DNA from: Candidatus Bathyarchaeia archaeon
Lineage (GTDB): Archaea > Thermoproteota > Bathyarchaeia > Bathyarchaeales > Bathycorpusculaceae
Length of the DNA stretch: 64,000 nt
Assembly: GCA_038727135.1 (NCBI GenBank)
Contig: JAVYWL010000001.1
Location: 448,001-512,000, forward strand
Direction of reading: 5' to 3'
The notes beneath the pieces are model-generated. The model made no database searches, was not told where the DNA came from, and saw only the letters and a program-made list of their open reading frames with translations. The position numbers were made by a program, and so were the translations under genes. Within the stretch, counting starts at the first letter, position 1. The number at the start of each line of letters is the position of its first letter. Below are positions 29,080 to 38,367 of this stretch, one piece after another.

Positions 29080-29113
29080 AGCGAACACCCAACATTATCG
29101 TCGAACTTCGGAA
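29048..29113 (-). promoter_or_regulatory. Long mRNA hairpin sequestering the speD SD and start codon
   Basis: Arms 29083-29113 and 29048-29077: 23 WC + 6 G-U pairs, 1 mismatch, 1 bulge on the mRNA strand. Confidence 0.7.
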
Positions 29114-29240
29114 GCATGTTCCGCGTAGTGCCTTAAACCAACTACGCATACGTTTTCTATCCTCTGAAATTTTCCCGAAAAATTTTCCTTTTATAAATTT
29201 TTTGCCGCAAAAGTCAGCGTTTAAAATGCACAAATGGGCC

Positions 29241-29720
29241 TTAAAGTTTAGACATAAACTCTTTAAACTTTAGCAAATCCATCGGGGCGAGAACTTCCCT
29301 CTTCAGCAACTCACATGGCCACTCTTTGCATTCATCGCAGTATCTAATTCCCCTTTTTGCGGCACATAATTTCCTTTTCGCCAGCCACTTTTCTTTGGCT
29401 TTGAGAAAATTTGAGACGCCGCGCCCCTTAATCTTCTTCATGTTACGCCAGACATCTAAAAACCATGCACTTGACTCTAACCTCTCTGCTTTGAAGAGGT
29501 CAAAAATTTTGCATGGAAAACTTGCGCAGTCTAAGCATATTTTAAGGTTTTTGTTAGCCGCGCATTTGTAGATTTTGCAATATTCTTGGTACTCTCTGCT
29601 CAAGCCTTTGCCGCTTCTGCAGCCTCCACATTCGCCACGGAGTAAGCCGGTGCACTCGCCACAATAAAGACCGCAAGGGGCAACAATGTTCCAGTCTGCT
29701 GTTTTCAAACTGCAAACCAC
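29241..29720 (-). CDS. DUF3795 family Cys-rich protein
   Basis: APCGLYCGEC..CGGC..C..CLDC..FPC. Confidence 0.8.
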   Translation of the reverse strand: MVCSLKTADWNIVAPCGLYCGECTGLLRGECGGCRSGKGLSREYQEYCKIYKCAANKNLKICLDCASFPCKIFDLFKAERLESSAWFLDVWRNMKKIKGRGVSNFLKAKEKWLAKRKLCAAKRGIRYCDECKEWPCELLKREVLAPMDLLKFKEFMSKL

Positions 29721-29732
29721 TTGACGTCTAAC

Positions 29733-30647
29733 TTAGAATTTTTCAAGCAGCTTAAGTAATATGGCTTTCGCCGAGTAGAGGCGATTTTCGCTTTGCTCGT
29801 AAATAATTGAGTTTGGGCTTTCTATGACGTCTGCGCTTATCTCGTAGCCTCTGTGGATGGGCATGTCATGCATTATGTAGGCGTTGCTCCCCCGCAGCAG
29901 CTCCTTATTTATTTGATATGGCATCATGATCTTGATGCGCTTTTCCTTTTCAGCAGCGAATTTTGGATCTGTGAAGAATTCCATGTCAACCCATGTGTCG
30001 GTGTAAACAAAGTCCGCATCCCTTAAGGCTTCCTTAACGTCCAACGTGGACTCGTAAAGCCCGGTTTTTTTGGCCTCTTCAAGAAGCTCATCGTCTCTTG
30101 AAGGCTCATTGAAAATTGGCGTAACTGTGGTTATTTTTACCCCTGTTTTGGTGCATCCTTCAATAAGGGAGTTGCACACATTATTGTGAACACCAATGTA
30201 AACCAGCTTTAAGCCCTTCAATTTGCCCTTCTTCTCTTTCATGGTCATCAGGTCTGCTATTGCTTGGCTCGGGTGATATTTTTCGTCGCAACCATTTATT
30301 ACTGGAACTCGAGAGGCTTTAGCCATTACTTGAAGGTCAGCGTTCCGCAGAAGCCTCGCCATTATACAATCGACATTCCTTGATAAGTACTGGGTTTCGT
30401 CGTATATGTCGGCTATTGTAAAGTTTGTTGTCCTCCAATCGATGTAAAGGGCGTGACCTCCAAGCTGCGTCATGGCCACTTCGAAAGAAACCCTTGTACG
30501 CGTAGAAGTCTTCTGGAATATCATGGCTAGGGATTTACCATCCAACGCTCTGCGATATTTTTCCGGGTTCTGCTTCACCTCAATAGCCTTATCAATTATT
30601 TCCAAAAGCTGCTGCCCGGACAAATTTTTAAAGTTGATCAAGTGCAT
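29733..30647 (-). CDS. argF: Ornithine carbamoyltransferase-family enzyme
   Basis: STRTR and HPSQ motifs; variant DTWVDM and HDMP. Confidence 0.85.
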   Translation of the reverse strand: MHLINFKNLSGQQLLEIIDKAIEVKQNPEKYRRALDGKSLAMIFQKTSTRTRVSFEVAMTQLGGHALYIDWRTTNFTIADIYDETQYLSRNVDCIMARLLRNADLQVMAKASRVPVINGCDEKYHPSQAIADLMTMKEKKGKLKGLKLVYIGVHNNVCNSLIEGCTKTGVKITTVTPIFNEPSRDDELLEEAKKTGLYESTLDVKEALRDADFVYTDTWVDMEFFTDPKFAAEKEKRIKIMMPYQINKELLRGSNAYIMHDMPIHRGYEISADVIESPNSIIYEQSENRLYSAKAILLKLLEKF

Positions 30648-30751
30648 TCGTCTTCCACCAGTTCTGAACCTAGAGCTTCAACAGTTTTAAGCATTATAAG
30701 TTTTATGGAAACCTTTATCCCTAAACAAGGCGTCTTGCAATTGGATAAGAG

Positions 30752-31561
30752 ATGATTCTAATAGCCGCGTCAACAAAAGATTTGGCAAGCGTAAACATCG
30801 CAAGACAGATTCTAGGCAAATATCCATTCAAGCAGGTTAAAGAAAAAGTTTACAACGCCGAGGCTTCTGGTCGAAAAGTTGAACTTGTAATGTTGGATGA
30901 GGAGTTGGTTTATGCACAGAACATAACCGCATCATATCTATCACTTGACCTTGTCATCTTCATTTCAAGGCATAGTAGCCAAAGCGGAACCCCAACGCTC
31001 TCGGTGCATACTCCCGGAAACTTCGAAAATGCAGATTTAGGCGGAATCCCAAGAAAAGTGTCTGTTTCACCGGCAAACGCCATGAAAACAGTGCTAAGCA
31101 CAATGGCAAAACTTGTCGAAGAAAAAAGTTTGAAGTATAAAGTTTCATACGAGTGTACCCATCACGGTCCATCACTGGATGTACCGGCAATGTTCGCCGA
31201 ATTAGGAAGCACCCCAAAAGAGTGGAGAGATTTGGAGGCGGCAGAGGTCGTTGCACACGCTACAATAAAAGCAGTGGCAGATTTTGACAAGCAAACTAGC
31301 AGGGCGGTGCTTGGTATCGGGGGACCTCATTATAACGAGAAGTTCACCAGAATGGCTTTGGAGGAAAATATAGCCTTTGGTCACATCGTGCCAAAATACG
31401 CCGTCGCAAAAATTGATGAGGCTATCTTAAGGCAATGTGTTGAAAGAACTTTGGAAAAAGTTGAGTTTGCTGTTTTAGATTGGAAGGGAATAAAGAGCGA
31501 AGACAAGCCAAACATCGTTGAACTGCTTAACAAAATTGGGCTGGAGTTCCAAAAAGTTTAA
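30752..31561 (+). CDS. dtdA: D-aminoacyl-tRNA deacylase (archaeal DTD2)
   Basis: SRHSS, LSVHTPGN, ECTHHGP, ELGS, GGPHY. Confidence 0.94.
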   Translation: MILIAASTKDLASVNIARQILGKYPFKQVKEKVYNAEASGRKVELVMLDEELVYAQNITASYLSLDLVIFISRHSSQSGTPTLSVHTPGNFENADLGGIPRKVSVSPANAMKTVLSTMAKLVEEKSLKYKVSYECTHHGPSLDVPAMFAELGSTPKEWRDLEAAEVVAHATIKAVADFDKQTSRAVLGIGGPHYNEKFTRMALEENIAFGHIVPKYAVAKIDEAILRQCVERTLEKVEFAVLDWKGIKSEDKPNIVELLNKIGLEFQKV

Positions 31562-31651
31562 CAGCCCAGCGTTGTTACATCGTGTTTGGATAGAAAAGTT
31601 AATAGAAATGCTTGTTTATCTGTATCAAAGCGCAACTTGCTGGTTGGCAAA

Positions 31652-31819
31652 ATGGGTTTAAGATCTTTCCTATCACAATGCGCAAGAACATTAAAACTTG
31701 CAGTTAAACCCGGAAGAAGCGAGCTGTGGCTATCGATAAAAATATGCTTTTTGGGCATCGGTGCCGTCGGACTCATAGGCTTCATAATCGCCATGCTAAC
31801 AAGACTGATACCATTCTAA
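31652..31819 (+). CDS. secE: Protein translocase SecE/Sec61-gamma
   Basis: RTLKLAVKP...E + TM GxxGxIGF; precedes spt5. Confidence 0.9.
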   Translation: MGLRSFLSQCARTLKLAVKPGRSELWLSIKICFLGIGAVGLIGFIIAMLTRLIPF

Positions 31820-31843
31820 ACTAAAAGGGAGCGATGGAAAGTC

Positions 31844-32317
31844 TTGGAAAAATTACCCACAAAAATTTTCGCCGTAAGAACCACGACAGGACAGGAGAGA
31901 AACGTGGCTAAGCTTGTTGCAGCAAGAATAGAGATGAACAAAATACCAGTGAAGGCCATTCTTGTTCCAGACACATTGAGGGGCTATATTTTCATGGAAG
32001 CGGAAGGCCCCCACTTTGTTGAGCAAGCCATAGCTGGCATAAAACATGTTAGGTCAAGGGTTCCGGACTTCGTTAGCTTTTCCGAAATTGAAAAGTATGT
32101 TGTGAGAAAGCCCATTATAGAGGAGCTGCATGAAAATGACATAGTCGAGGTTACAGACGGCCCCTTCAAGGGAATGCGAGCCAAAATCACTCGCATTGAC
32201 AGAACGAAGGAGGAGGTGACACTGGAGCTTCTCGAAGCTACTTTTACGCTTCCAATAACAGTTCATTCGGATTACGTTAAGCTTGTTGAAAGGGCAAAAA
32301 CGGAAGGAGGACCATAA
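31844..32317 (+). CDS. spt5: Transcription elongation factor Spt5
   Basis: GQE.NV, GYIF.E, KOW GPFKG. Confidence 0.96.
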   Translation: MEKLPTKIFAVRTTTGQERNVAKLVAARIEMNKIPVKAILVPDTLRGYIFMEAEGPHFVEQAIAGIKHVRSRVPDFVSFSEIEKYVVRKPIIEELHENDIVEVTDGPFKGMRAKITRIDRTKEEVTLELLEATFTLPITVHSDYVKLVERAKTEGGP

Positions 32318-32318
32318 C

Positions 32319-32813
32319 ATGAGTGAGAAAAAAGTTGTGGAATTACTTGTAAGCGGAGGACAAGCAACAGCTGGTCCACCATTGGGTCCGGCTCTGGGAC
32401 CCCTTGGCGTTAACGTCATGGCCGTTGTGAATAAAATTAATGAGCTTACGAAAGATTATGCTGGAATGAAAGTTCCGGTGAAGGTTACTGTTGACCCTGA
32501 AACAAAAACCTTTGAAGTTAGTGTCGGAACGCCCACAGCCTCAGCCCTAATTGTCAGCGAGCTTAAAATTGAGAAGGGCTCTGGAAACCCGAAAGCACAG
32601 AAGGTTGGAAATTTGACAATGCAGCAGCTTATTCGCATAGCCAAGATAAAGCGTCCAGAACTGCTTTCAAAAACATTGAAGTCTGCGGCCAAAGAAATTC
32701 TTGGAACATGTGTGAGCATGGGCGTAACCGTTGAGGGGAAAGACCCGAAAGAGGTTATGCGAGAAATCGACGAAGGGAAATATGACAAAATATTCGCTGA
32801 AAGCGAAGCGTAA
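32319..32813 (+). CDS. rpl11: 50S ribosomal protein L11
   Basis: [22 protein letters not shown]. Confidence 0.97.
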   Translation: MSEKKVVELLVSGGQATAGPPLGPALGPLGVNVMAVVNKINELTKDYAGMKVPVKVTVDPETKTFEVSVGTPTASALIVSELKIEKGSGNPKAQKVGNLTMQQLIRIAKIKRPELLSKTLKSAAKEILGTCVSMGVTVEGKDPKEVMREIDEGKYDKIFAESEA

Positions 32814-32866
32814 AGGAACATTTTTATAATGGCTTTATAATCCATCAATGGCACGGAGCCAGCAAA

Positions 32867-33520
32867 ATGCTAATAGAACAGAAAACACTGCTTTCAGCCT
32901 TAAAAGAGGCAAAAGAGAAAGGCGGCAAAAGAAACTTCACTCAGTCAGTTGAGCTCATCTTAAACTTGCAGGACATTGACATGAAATCTCCAGAAGGAAG
33001 GCTTCAAGAAAACGTGGAGTTACCTTATCCGCCGGCAGAGAAAACAAACAAGATCTGCGTGATTGCCACCGGTGAGCTCGCCCTCAAAGCTAAAAAGGCT
33101 AATGCTGACCTAGTGCTGGATAGGGTTGAGCTTGAAGGATTAGCTGGAAAGAAAAAAGACTTGCGTAAACTAGCCAACGAATATGATTTCTTCATTGCGG
33201 AAGCGCCTCTAATGCCGCTGGTTGGCAAGGTTTTAGGTCCAGCTCTCGGACCACGAGGGAAAATGCCTGTACCGGTTCCGCCTACAGCGGACATTGAAAG
33301 CTTGCTTAAAAAGTACCGCAAAACTGTTGTTGTTAGGATGCGCAACCAGCCGGTAATTCAGTGCCGCATCGGAACGGAGAACATGAAAGAGGAAGAGTTA
33401 GCGGAAAACATACAGGCGGTCTTGAGGGTTATTGAGGGGAAACTGAAAAGGGGAATGAAAAACATTAAATCAATCTGTATAAAAACAACCATGGGCGCGC
33501 CGGTAAAAATTAAGCTATAA
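32867..33520 (+). CDS. rpl1: 50S ribosomal protein L1
   Basis: RNFTQSVEL, LGPRGKMP, KTTMG. Confidence 0.97.
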   Translation: MLIEQKTLLSALKEAKEKGGKRNFTQSVELILNLQDIDMKSPEGRLQENVELPYPPAEKTNKICVIATGELALKAKKANADLVLDRVELEGLAGKKKDLRKLANEYDFFIAEAPLMPLVGKVLGPALGPRGKMPVPVPPTADIESLLKKYRKTVVVRMRNQPVIQCRIGTENMKEEELAENIQAVLRVIEGKLKRGMKNIKSICIKTTMGAPVKIKL

Positions 33521-33533
33521 AGAGGGGAAGCGT

Positions 33534-34409
33534 CTGCCGTCTCAACAAGTTCTGAAAGAAAAAATCGATGAGGTTGAAGAAATAACGAAAATTCTTAGGC
33601 AATACAAGGTAGTGGGCATAGCGAGTCTCCAAAAAGTTAGGGCATCCCAACTACAAGAGTTTAAGAAAAAGCTGGCGGCAGACGTTTACATGCGCGTCGT
33701 AAAGAACACGTTGATGAAAAGAGCCATTGAAAACTGCAAGGAAAAGCAAGGATTAGAAAAACTGGAGAAATACTTGACAGGACCAAATGTCTTCCTCTTC
33801 ACAAACCTTAACCCATTCAAATTAGCACTGCTCCTTGAAAAAGGGAAAGTTCGCCTAACAGCAAAGGCTGGTGACATAGCATCCTTCGACGTCATAGTAC
33901 CCGCTGGAAACACTGGACAACCGCCGGGACCAATAATAAGCCAGTTAAACGCTGTGGGTTTGCCGACAAGAATTGAGGCTGGAAGCGTATGGATAACAAA
34001 GGACACATTAGTGGCGCGCAAAGGCGAGGTCATTTCCGAAAGGCTCGCCAGTGTCTTGTCAAAGCTTGGAATAAAGCCTGTTGAAGCGGGACTCATAATG
34101 AAAGTTGTATATGATGAAGGCTTAATCATAGAAGGAGAGCAGCTCAAAATCGATTTGGAGGGAACCAAGAAACAGTTTGAAACTGCCCATGCTGAAGCCT
34201 TCAAGCTGTCAATAGGCGTAGCTTATCCAATAAGAGAAAACATACAAGCCTTAATTCAAATCGCCCACCAAGAGGCATACGCCCTCTCGTTGGGGGCGGC
34301 CATACCAACCAAGGAAACAATAAAAGACCTTATTAGAAAGGCTCACGCTGAAATGTTAAGCTTAAGTATGAGAATTCCCAATTTGGAAGGGGAAACCAGG
34401 CAAAATTAA
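33534..34409 (+). CDS. rpl10: 50S ribosomal protein L10 (P0), probable CTG start at 33534
   Basis: KNTL, GNTG.PPGP; frame open upstream of GTG 33612 through an L10-like N-terminus. Confidence 0.95.
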   Translation: MPSQQVLKEKIDEVEEITKILRQYKVVGIASLQKVRASQLQEFKKKLAADVYMRVVKNTLMKRAIENCKEKQGLEKLEKYLTGPNVFLFTNLNPFKLALLLEKGKVRLTAKAGDIASFDVIVPAGNTGQPPGPIISQLNAVGLPTRIEAGSVWITKDTLVARKGEVISERLASVLSKLGIKPVEAGLIMKVVYDEGLIIEGEQLKIDLEGTKKQFETAHAEAFKLSIGVAYPIRENIQALIQIAHQEAYALSLGAAIPTKETIKDLIRKAHAEMLSLSMRIPNLEGETRQN

Positions 34410-34435
34410 AAAGATTTGAATAGAGGTGAAAATGT

Positions 34436-34759
34436 ATGGAATACATTTACGCTGCAATGCTCCTCCACAAAGCTGGAAAACAAATAACCGAAGAAAACCT
34501 AACACAAGTTCTAACAGCCGCCGGAATAAACGTTGACGCCATGAGAGTTAAAGCCCTAGTGGCTTCATTGGCAGAGGTCAATATAGATGAAGTTATAAAG
34601 TCAGCTCCAACATTTATGGCAGCGCCAGTCACCGCACCAGCAGCTGCAACACCGGCAGCGGAAGCCAAGCCAAAAGAGGAAGAGAAGAAAAAGAAGGAAG
34701 AAGAGGAGAAAGCCAGAGAGGAAGCAGCGCTCGAGGGGCTTGGAGCACTCTTCGGCTAA
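34436..34759 (+). CDS. rpl12: 50S ribosomal protein L12 (P1)
   Basis: [11 protein letters not shown] ... GLGALFG. Confidence 0.97.
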   Translation: MEYIYAAMLLHKAGKQITEENLTQVLTAAGINVDAMRVKALVASLAEVNIDEVIKSAPTFMAAPVTAPAAATPAAEAKPKEEEKKKKEEEEKAREEAALEGLGALFG

Positions 34760-34843
34760 ACATGCCTTTTATTTTTGTAGACCAGAAGTCTGTGTTTAAA
34801 AGCCTAGCAATGAATATAAACAAATTTTAAATTATCGACTATC

Positions 34844-35257
34844 ATGAAGCTCTGCAGCGCTTGCTTATTAGGAATAAGATGCAGATACGACGGAAGAGAT
34901 GCCCTTAACGAAAAAGTTATCATGCTGCTGAAAACGGAAACCCTTATACCAGTGTGCCCAGAACAACTTGGCGGCTTACCAACACCAAGGGAACCAGCAG
35001 AAATCAAGGATGGAAGGGTAATCACAAGGTCTGGAAGAGACGTAACAGAAAACTTCAAACGCGGAGCCGAAGAGGTTTTGAAAATCGCAAAATTATTCGG
35101 CGTAAAGGAGGCTGTGCTAAAGCAGGGAAGCCCCTCATGTGGCTGCGGACGCATCTACAATGGCACGTTTTCCGGCAAAACCATGAAAGGCGATGGAATT
35201 ACCACAGCCTTACTCAAAAAGCATGGAATTAAAGTGATAACTGAGGATGACCTATAG
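34844..35257 (+). CDS. DUF523 family (2-thiouracil desulfurase TudS-like)
   Basis: SACLLG..CRYDG, CPEQLGGL.TPR, SPSCG. Confidence 0.88.
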   Translation: MKLCSACLLGIRCRYDGRDALNEKVIMLLKTETLIPVCPEQLGGLPTPREPAEIKDGRVITRSGRDVTENFKRGAEEVLKIAKLFGVKEAVLKQGSPSCGCGRIYNGTFSGKTMKGDGITTALLKKHGIKVITEDDL

Positions 35258-36277
35258 ATTTTGGTTTTCGCTATACCATTTTGATGTTTTTAAAGCTTTT
35301 AGTAACAGCAGAGGCAGCCATCCGCAAATAATCATTAGGGTTCCGGGAAAAGCCCTCAAGTTGAAGGTCAAGATTAATGCTTCAAAAATGAAGAAGGATG
35401 CCGCCATAGCGACTGCCGATAAAACTGCAAGTTGCCGCCCGTATTTCTTGTAGGTTTGCACTGCTATAAGACCAGCGAAGAAGAAGTCACCTAAACCAAG
35501 GGATATATAAAGCACACCCCAACGTGTGGCTATTTCCGGGATTGTTGGAAAAGTAACAAGTACTGGAAGCCTTAGGGCAGTAACATGTGTCGCTGCCGAA
35601 ACCATTGCTCTCGTCACAAGAACAAGAATAATATCTGCAACTGTTAGAAGCCCGGCAAAGATCAGCGTTGTTTTCCACGTGAAAAGTGCTCCGAGATAGA
35701 GAATTACGAGAATAGCGAAAACTATGCCGTACATGTTGAGCAAATACGGAAACCATACTGGGCTTCTGCTGTAAAAAGCGTAAAGGATTATGAATAGAGC
35801 TGAGGGCATGATAGCCAAATACCACCGCCGCCTAAAACTTGTTCTTGTTTCCTCATAAATTAGGGCTATAAAAGAAAAACCCAGTAAGCTGAAGAGTGCC
35901 GCAGCCCCATAGGCGGGTAACCTCCCTAACACGTCCATGCTGAAGAGGCTAACCGTCGCCGCTACAAAGCTGATTGCAAAAAAGGCTCCACAAAAGAGTT
36001 GAGCCCTAATTTTTCTAAAATCTGAGAAGATATAGGTGAATATAAAGAGAAGAGATGCATAGGCGAACAGAAATATTGTCATAACAGCCATTTGCGGGAC
36101 AAAAACCATGAGCGAGATAGCCACACTTATCGCGGCTACAAGCATGACGGCATCTTTAACGCCGAACTCCCTCTCCTCAAAGGTCATCTTCAGTTTTCTC
36201 TCAACTTTATCATTTAGAAGTGTGGCTATAGTAGTGACGGCAAAAAGCGTCAGCGGCATGGCGATGTCGAAGTACAT
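35252..36277 (-). CDS. GxGD intramembrane aspartyl protease (signal peptide peptidase/presenilin-like)
   Basis: Multi-TM; ADIILV, LGLGDFFF, FPGTL. Confidence 0.78.
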   Translation of the reverse strand: MYFDIAMPLTLFAVTTIATLLNDKVERKLKMTFEEREFGVKDAVMLVAAISVAISLMVFVPQMAVMTIFLFAYASLLFIFTYIFSDFRKIRAQLFCGAFFAISFVAATVSLFSMDVLGRLPAYGAAALFSLLGFSFIALIYEETRTSFRRRWYLAIMPSALFIILYAFYSRSPVWFPYLLNMYGIVFAILVILYLGALFTWKTTLIFAGLLTVADIILVLVTRAMVSAATHVTALRLPVLVTFPTIPEIATRWGVLYISLGLGDFFFAGLIAVQTYKKYGRQLAVLSAVAMAASFFIFEALILTFNLRAFPGTLMIICGWLPLLLLKALKTSKWYSENQNL

Positions 36278-36302
36278 GAGCGCAAATAGGCTAAACGGGC
36301 AT

Positions 36303-37163
36303 TTAAACCTTAAACCCGAAACTACAATTAAAAACGGCCAAAGAGGCGATAAGCGCCTCTTCGGTTCGCACAGTTTCAGTGGACTGCCATGGGATTGTAT
36401 TAACGACAAAATCTACAATTTGGTCGAGATTTAACCCTTCCTGCTCGGCTATTTCGTACAGCCCCCTTGTTGGTGCTCCAAAGGCTACCAATATTTTTTC
36501 CGCAGTTTTCCATTTCTCAGCAATTCTTTCTTTGACATCTACAAAGGGGACGCCACACTTTGATGTGGCTATTTTCAAGTTAAAATGTCTGCGCTCTACC
36601 AGTTTCCCAAAGGGTTCTTCCCAAACGGTTACCGCATATCCCCAGTAATGAGGGACCTCATTGCGGTTTACGAGGCTTGCCGCAACATGCTTGTTTACGC
36701 CGGTGACCCTCACCGTCACTCGCTTTCCGATGGGCAAATGTAAGTCTGGAATTAGGACAAGTTTGTCCACACCTATATCCACAAGCACGCCTTCCTTCGA
36801 CTTCGCTACTGTGACGCCCTCTCTGTATTCGCCAACCTTTAGGTCTGCCGCCTTTTTGCCTAAGGGATGATGTGGTGTTCTTAGCGGCGGGAGAATGCCA
36901 GCAAAACGCAATTCGGGCTTCAACTTGAAAAGCTTCTTGCGTAAATACTGCGGAGTTTCCATGTAGCTTAGTAGCGTGGCGATTAAGTCCATGTCTGCCT
37001 TCTGATTGAGCTTTAACTCGTCCTTGTAAATTATTATCTCTTCAATTCCAAAAATGGCAGCTGCTCTCCCAATCAAGCCTATTTTTGAGGTTTTTTCTCG
37101 GAGATGCGGAGTGTCGGAAACAACAGATGCTGGAATGGCGATTGAGATGCTTTTTCTCTGCAA
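36303..37163 (-). CDS. SPOUT RNA methyltransferase (COG2106/MTH1-like)
   Basis: ETPQYLRK, GILPPL.TPHH, NTIP.Q.TETVRTEEA. Confidence 0.9.
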   Translation of the reverse strand: MQRKSISIAIPASVVSDTPHLREKTSKIGLIGRAAAIFGIEEIIIYKDELKLNQKADMDLIATLLSYMETPQYLRKKLFKLKPELRFAGILPPLRTPHHPLGKKAADLKVGEYREGVTVAKSKEGVLVDIGVDKLVLIPDLHLPIGKRVTVRVTGVNKHVAASLVNRNEVPHYWGYAVTVWEEPFGKLVERRHFNLKIATSKCGVPFVDVKERIAEKWKTAEKILVAFGAPTRGLYEIAEQEGLNLDQIVDFVVNTIPWQSTETVRTEEALIASLAVFNCSFGFKV

Positions 37164-37248
37164 CCCTTTTACACCATCCCGCGTTATTGTATGATGGTTT
37201 TAACTTAAAAGCTAAAAGCAAAAGTTACTAACTGCATACAGATGCAAA

Positions 37249-38367
37249 ATGCCAAAAGCATCAATTCTTGACAACCTTGACAAGATTAGAGAAGTAGATA
37301 AAAACGACATGCTCTCCTTTTGCGTCAACGCCGCAAAACATTATGAAAGTGCCGTTCGAATAGCTGAAAAAGTTATGATTGATTATCCAAAACCAAGATC
37401 GATAATCGTGGCTGGCATGGGTGGCTCGGCAATAGGTGGAGAACTTCTAAAAGACTGGGCAAACGACAAGCTAACAATTCCGGTGGAAGTTTGCAGGGAG
37501 TACACGCTACCGGCTCACGCCGACAAAAGGACATTAACGTTTATTGTAAGCTATTCTGGGGAAACAGAAGAAACCTTAAGCGTTTTTCTCGATGCGGTAA
37601 AGCGGAACTGCATGATAATCTGCATAAGCTCCGGAGGCACTCTCTTAAATTTTGCAGAAAAACTGAAGATTCCAAGCATACGTGTTCCAGAAGGAATCCC
37701 GCCGAGGGCAGCCCTTCCATACCTTTTCATCCCAACGCTAGTTATCCTACAGAAACTTGGCTTAGTTACAAAAGTTAGAGCTGAAATTTCTGAAGCTGTC
37801 ACAGTTTTAAGGCAGGTTTGTATTGAAAATGCGCCGGAAAAACCTTTGAAAGAAAACTTTTCTAAAAAACTTGCCACCGATATTGGCGGAACGGTTCCTG
37901 TAGTTTATGGCTTTGGGTTTTATCGTTCTGTGGCGCAGCGCTTTAAACAACAGTTCAACGAGAACAGTAAGGTTCCCTCAAAATGGGAGGTTTTCCCAGA
38001 GCTAAACCATAATGAGGTTGTGGGATGGGAAAAAGCCGAGGAACTGGTGGACCATTTTTCAGTGGTTATTATACGGGACAAGAGCGAGCCAGAGTCCATT
38101 AAATGCAGAATAGAGGCAACCAAGGAGTTGTTAAGTGGCAAAGTGGAGGGAATCTATGAGGTCTGGAGTAGGGGTGAAGGAAAGCTGGCTAAAATGTTGT
38201 CTACAACAGTTATAGGAGACTTTACAAGCGTTTATCTTGCCATTCTGCGCGGCGTGAACCCTACGCCAGTAAAGACCATTTCTGTGTTAAAGGATAAAAT
38301 TTCCAAAACAGGGCTTAAAGATAAGGTAGTTGGCGAATTACAGAACCTTGTTGGGAGAAGAGGTTAG
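37249..38367 (+). CDS. Bifunctional phosphoglucose/phosphomannose isomerase
   Basis: GMGGSAIGG, SYSGETEET, QFNENSK, PELNHNE. Confidence 0.94.
   Translation: MPKASILDNLDKIREVDKNDMLSFCVNAAKHYESAVRIAEKVMIDYPKPRSIIVAGMGGSAIGGELLKDWANDKLTIPVEVCREYTLPAHADKRTLTFIVSYSGETEETLSVFLDAVKRNCMIICISSGGTLLNFAEKLKIPSIRVPEGIPPRAALPYLFIPTLVILQKLGLVTKVRAEISEAVTVLRQVCIENAPEKPLKENFSKKLATDIGGTVPVVYGFGFYRSVAQRFKQQFNENSKVPSKWEVFPELNHNEVVGWEKAEELVDHFSVVIIRDKSEPESIKCRIEATKELLSGKVEGIYEVWSRGEGKLAKMLSTTVIGDFTSVYLAILRGVNPTPVKTISVLKDKISKTGLKDKVVGELQNLVGRRG

Noticed and set aside
29079-29149. Antizyme-like +1 frameshift from the uORF into speD
   Set aside because: The speD frame has a TAA at 29095-29097 and no recognisable shift site follows
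32895-32945. L1 autoregulatory binding site within rpl1
   Set aside because: Resemblance is explained by protein coding; the required helix pairing is not evident
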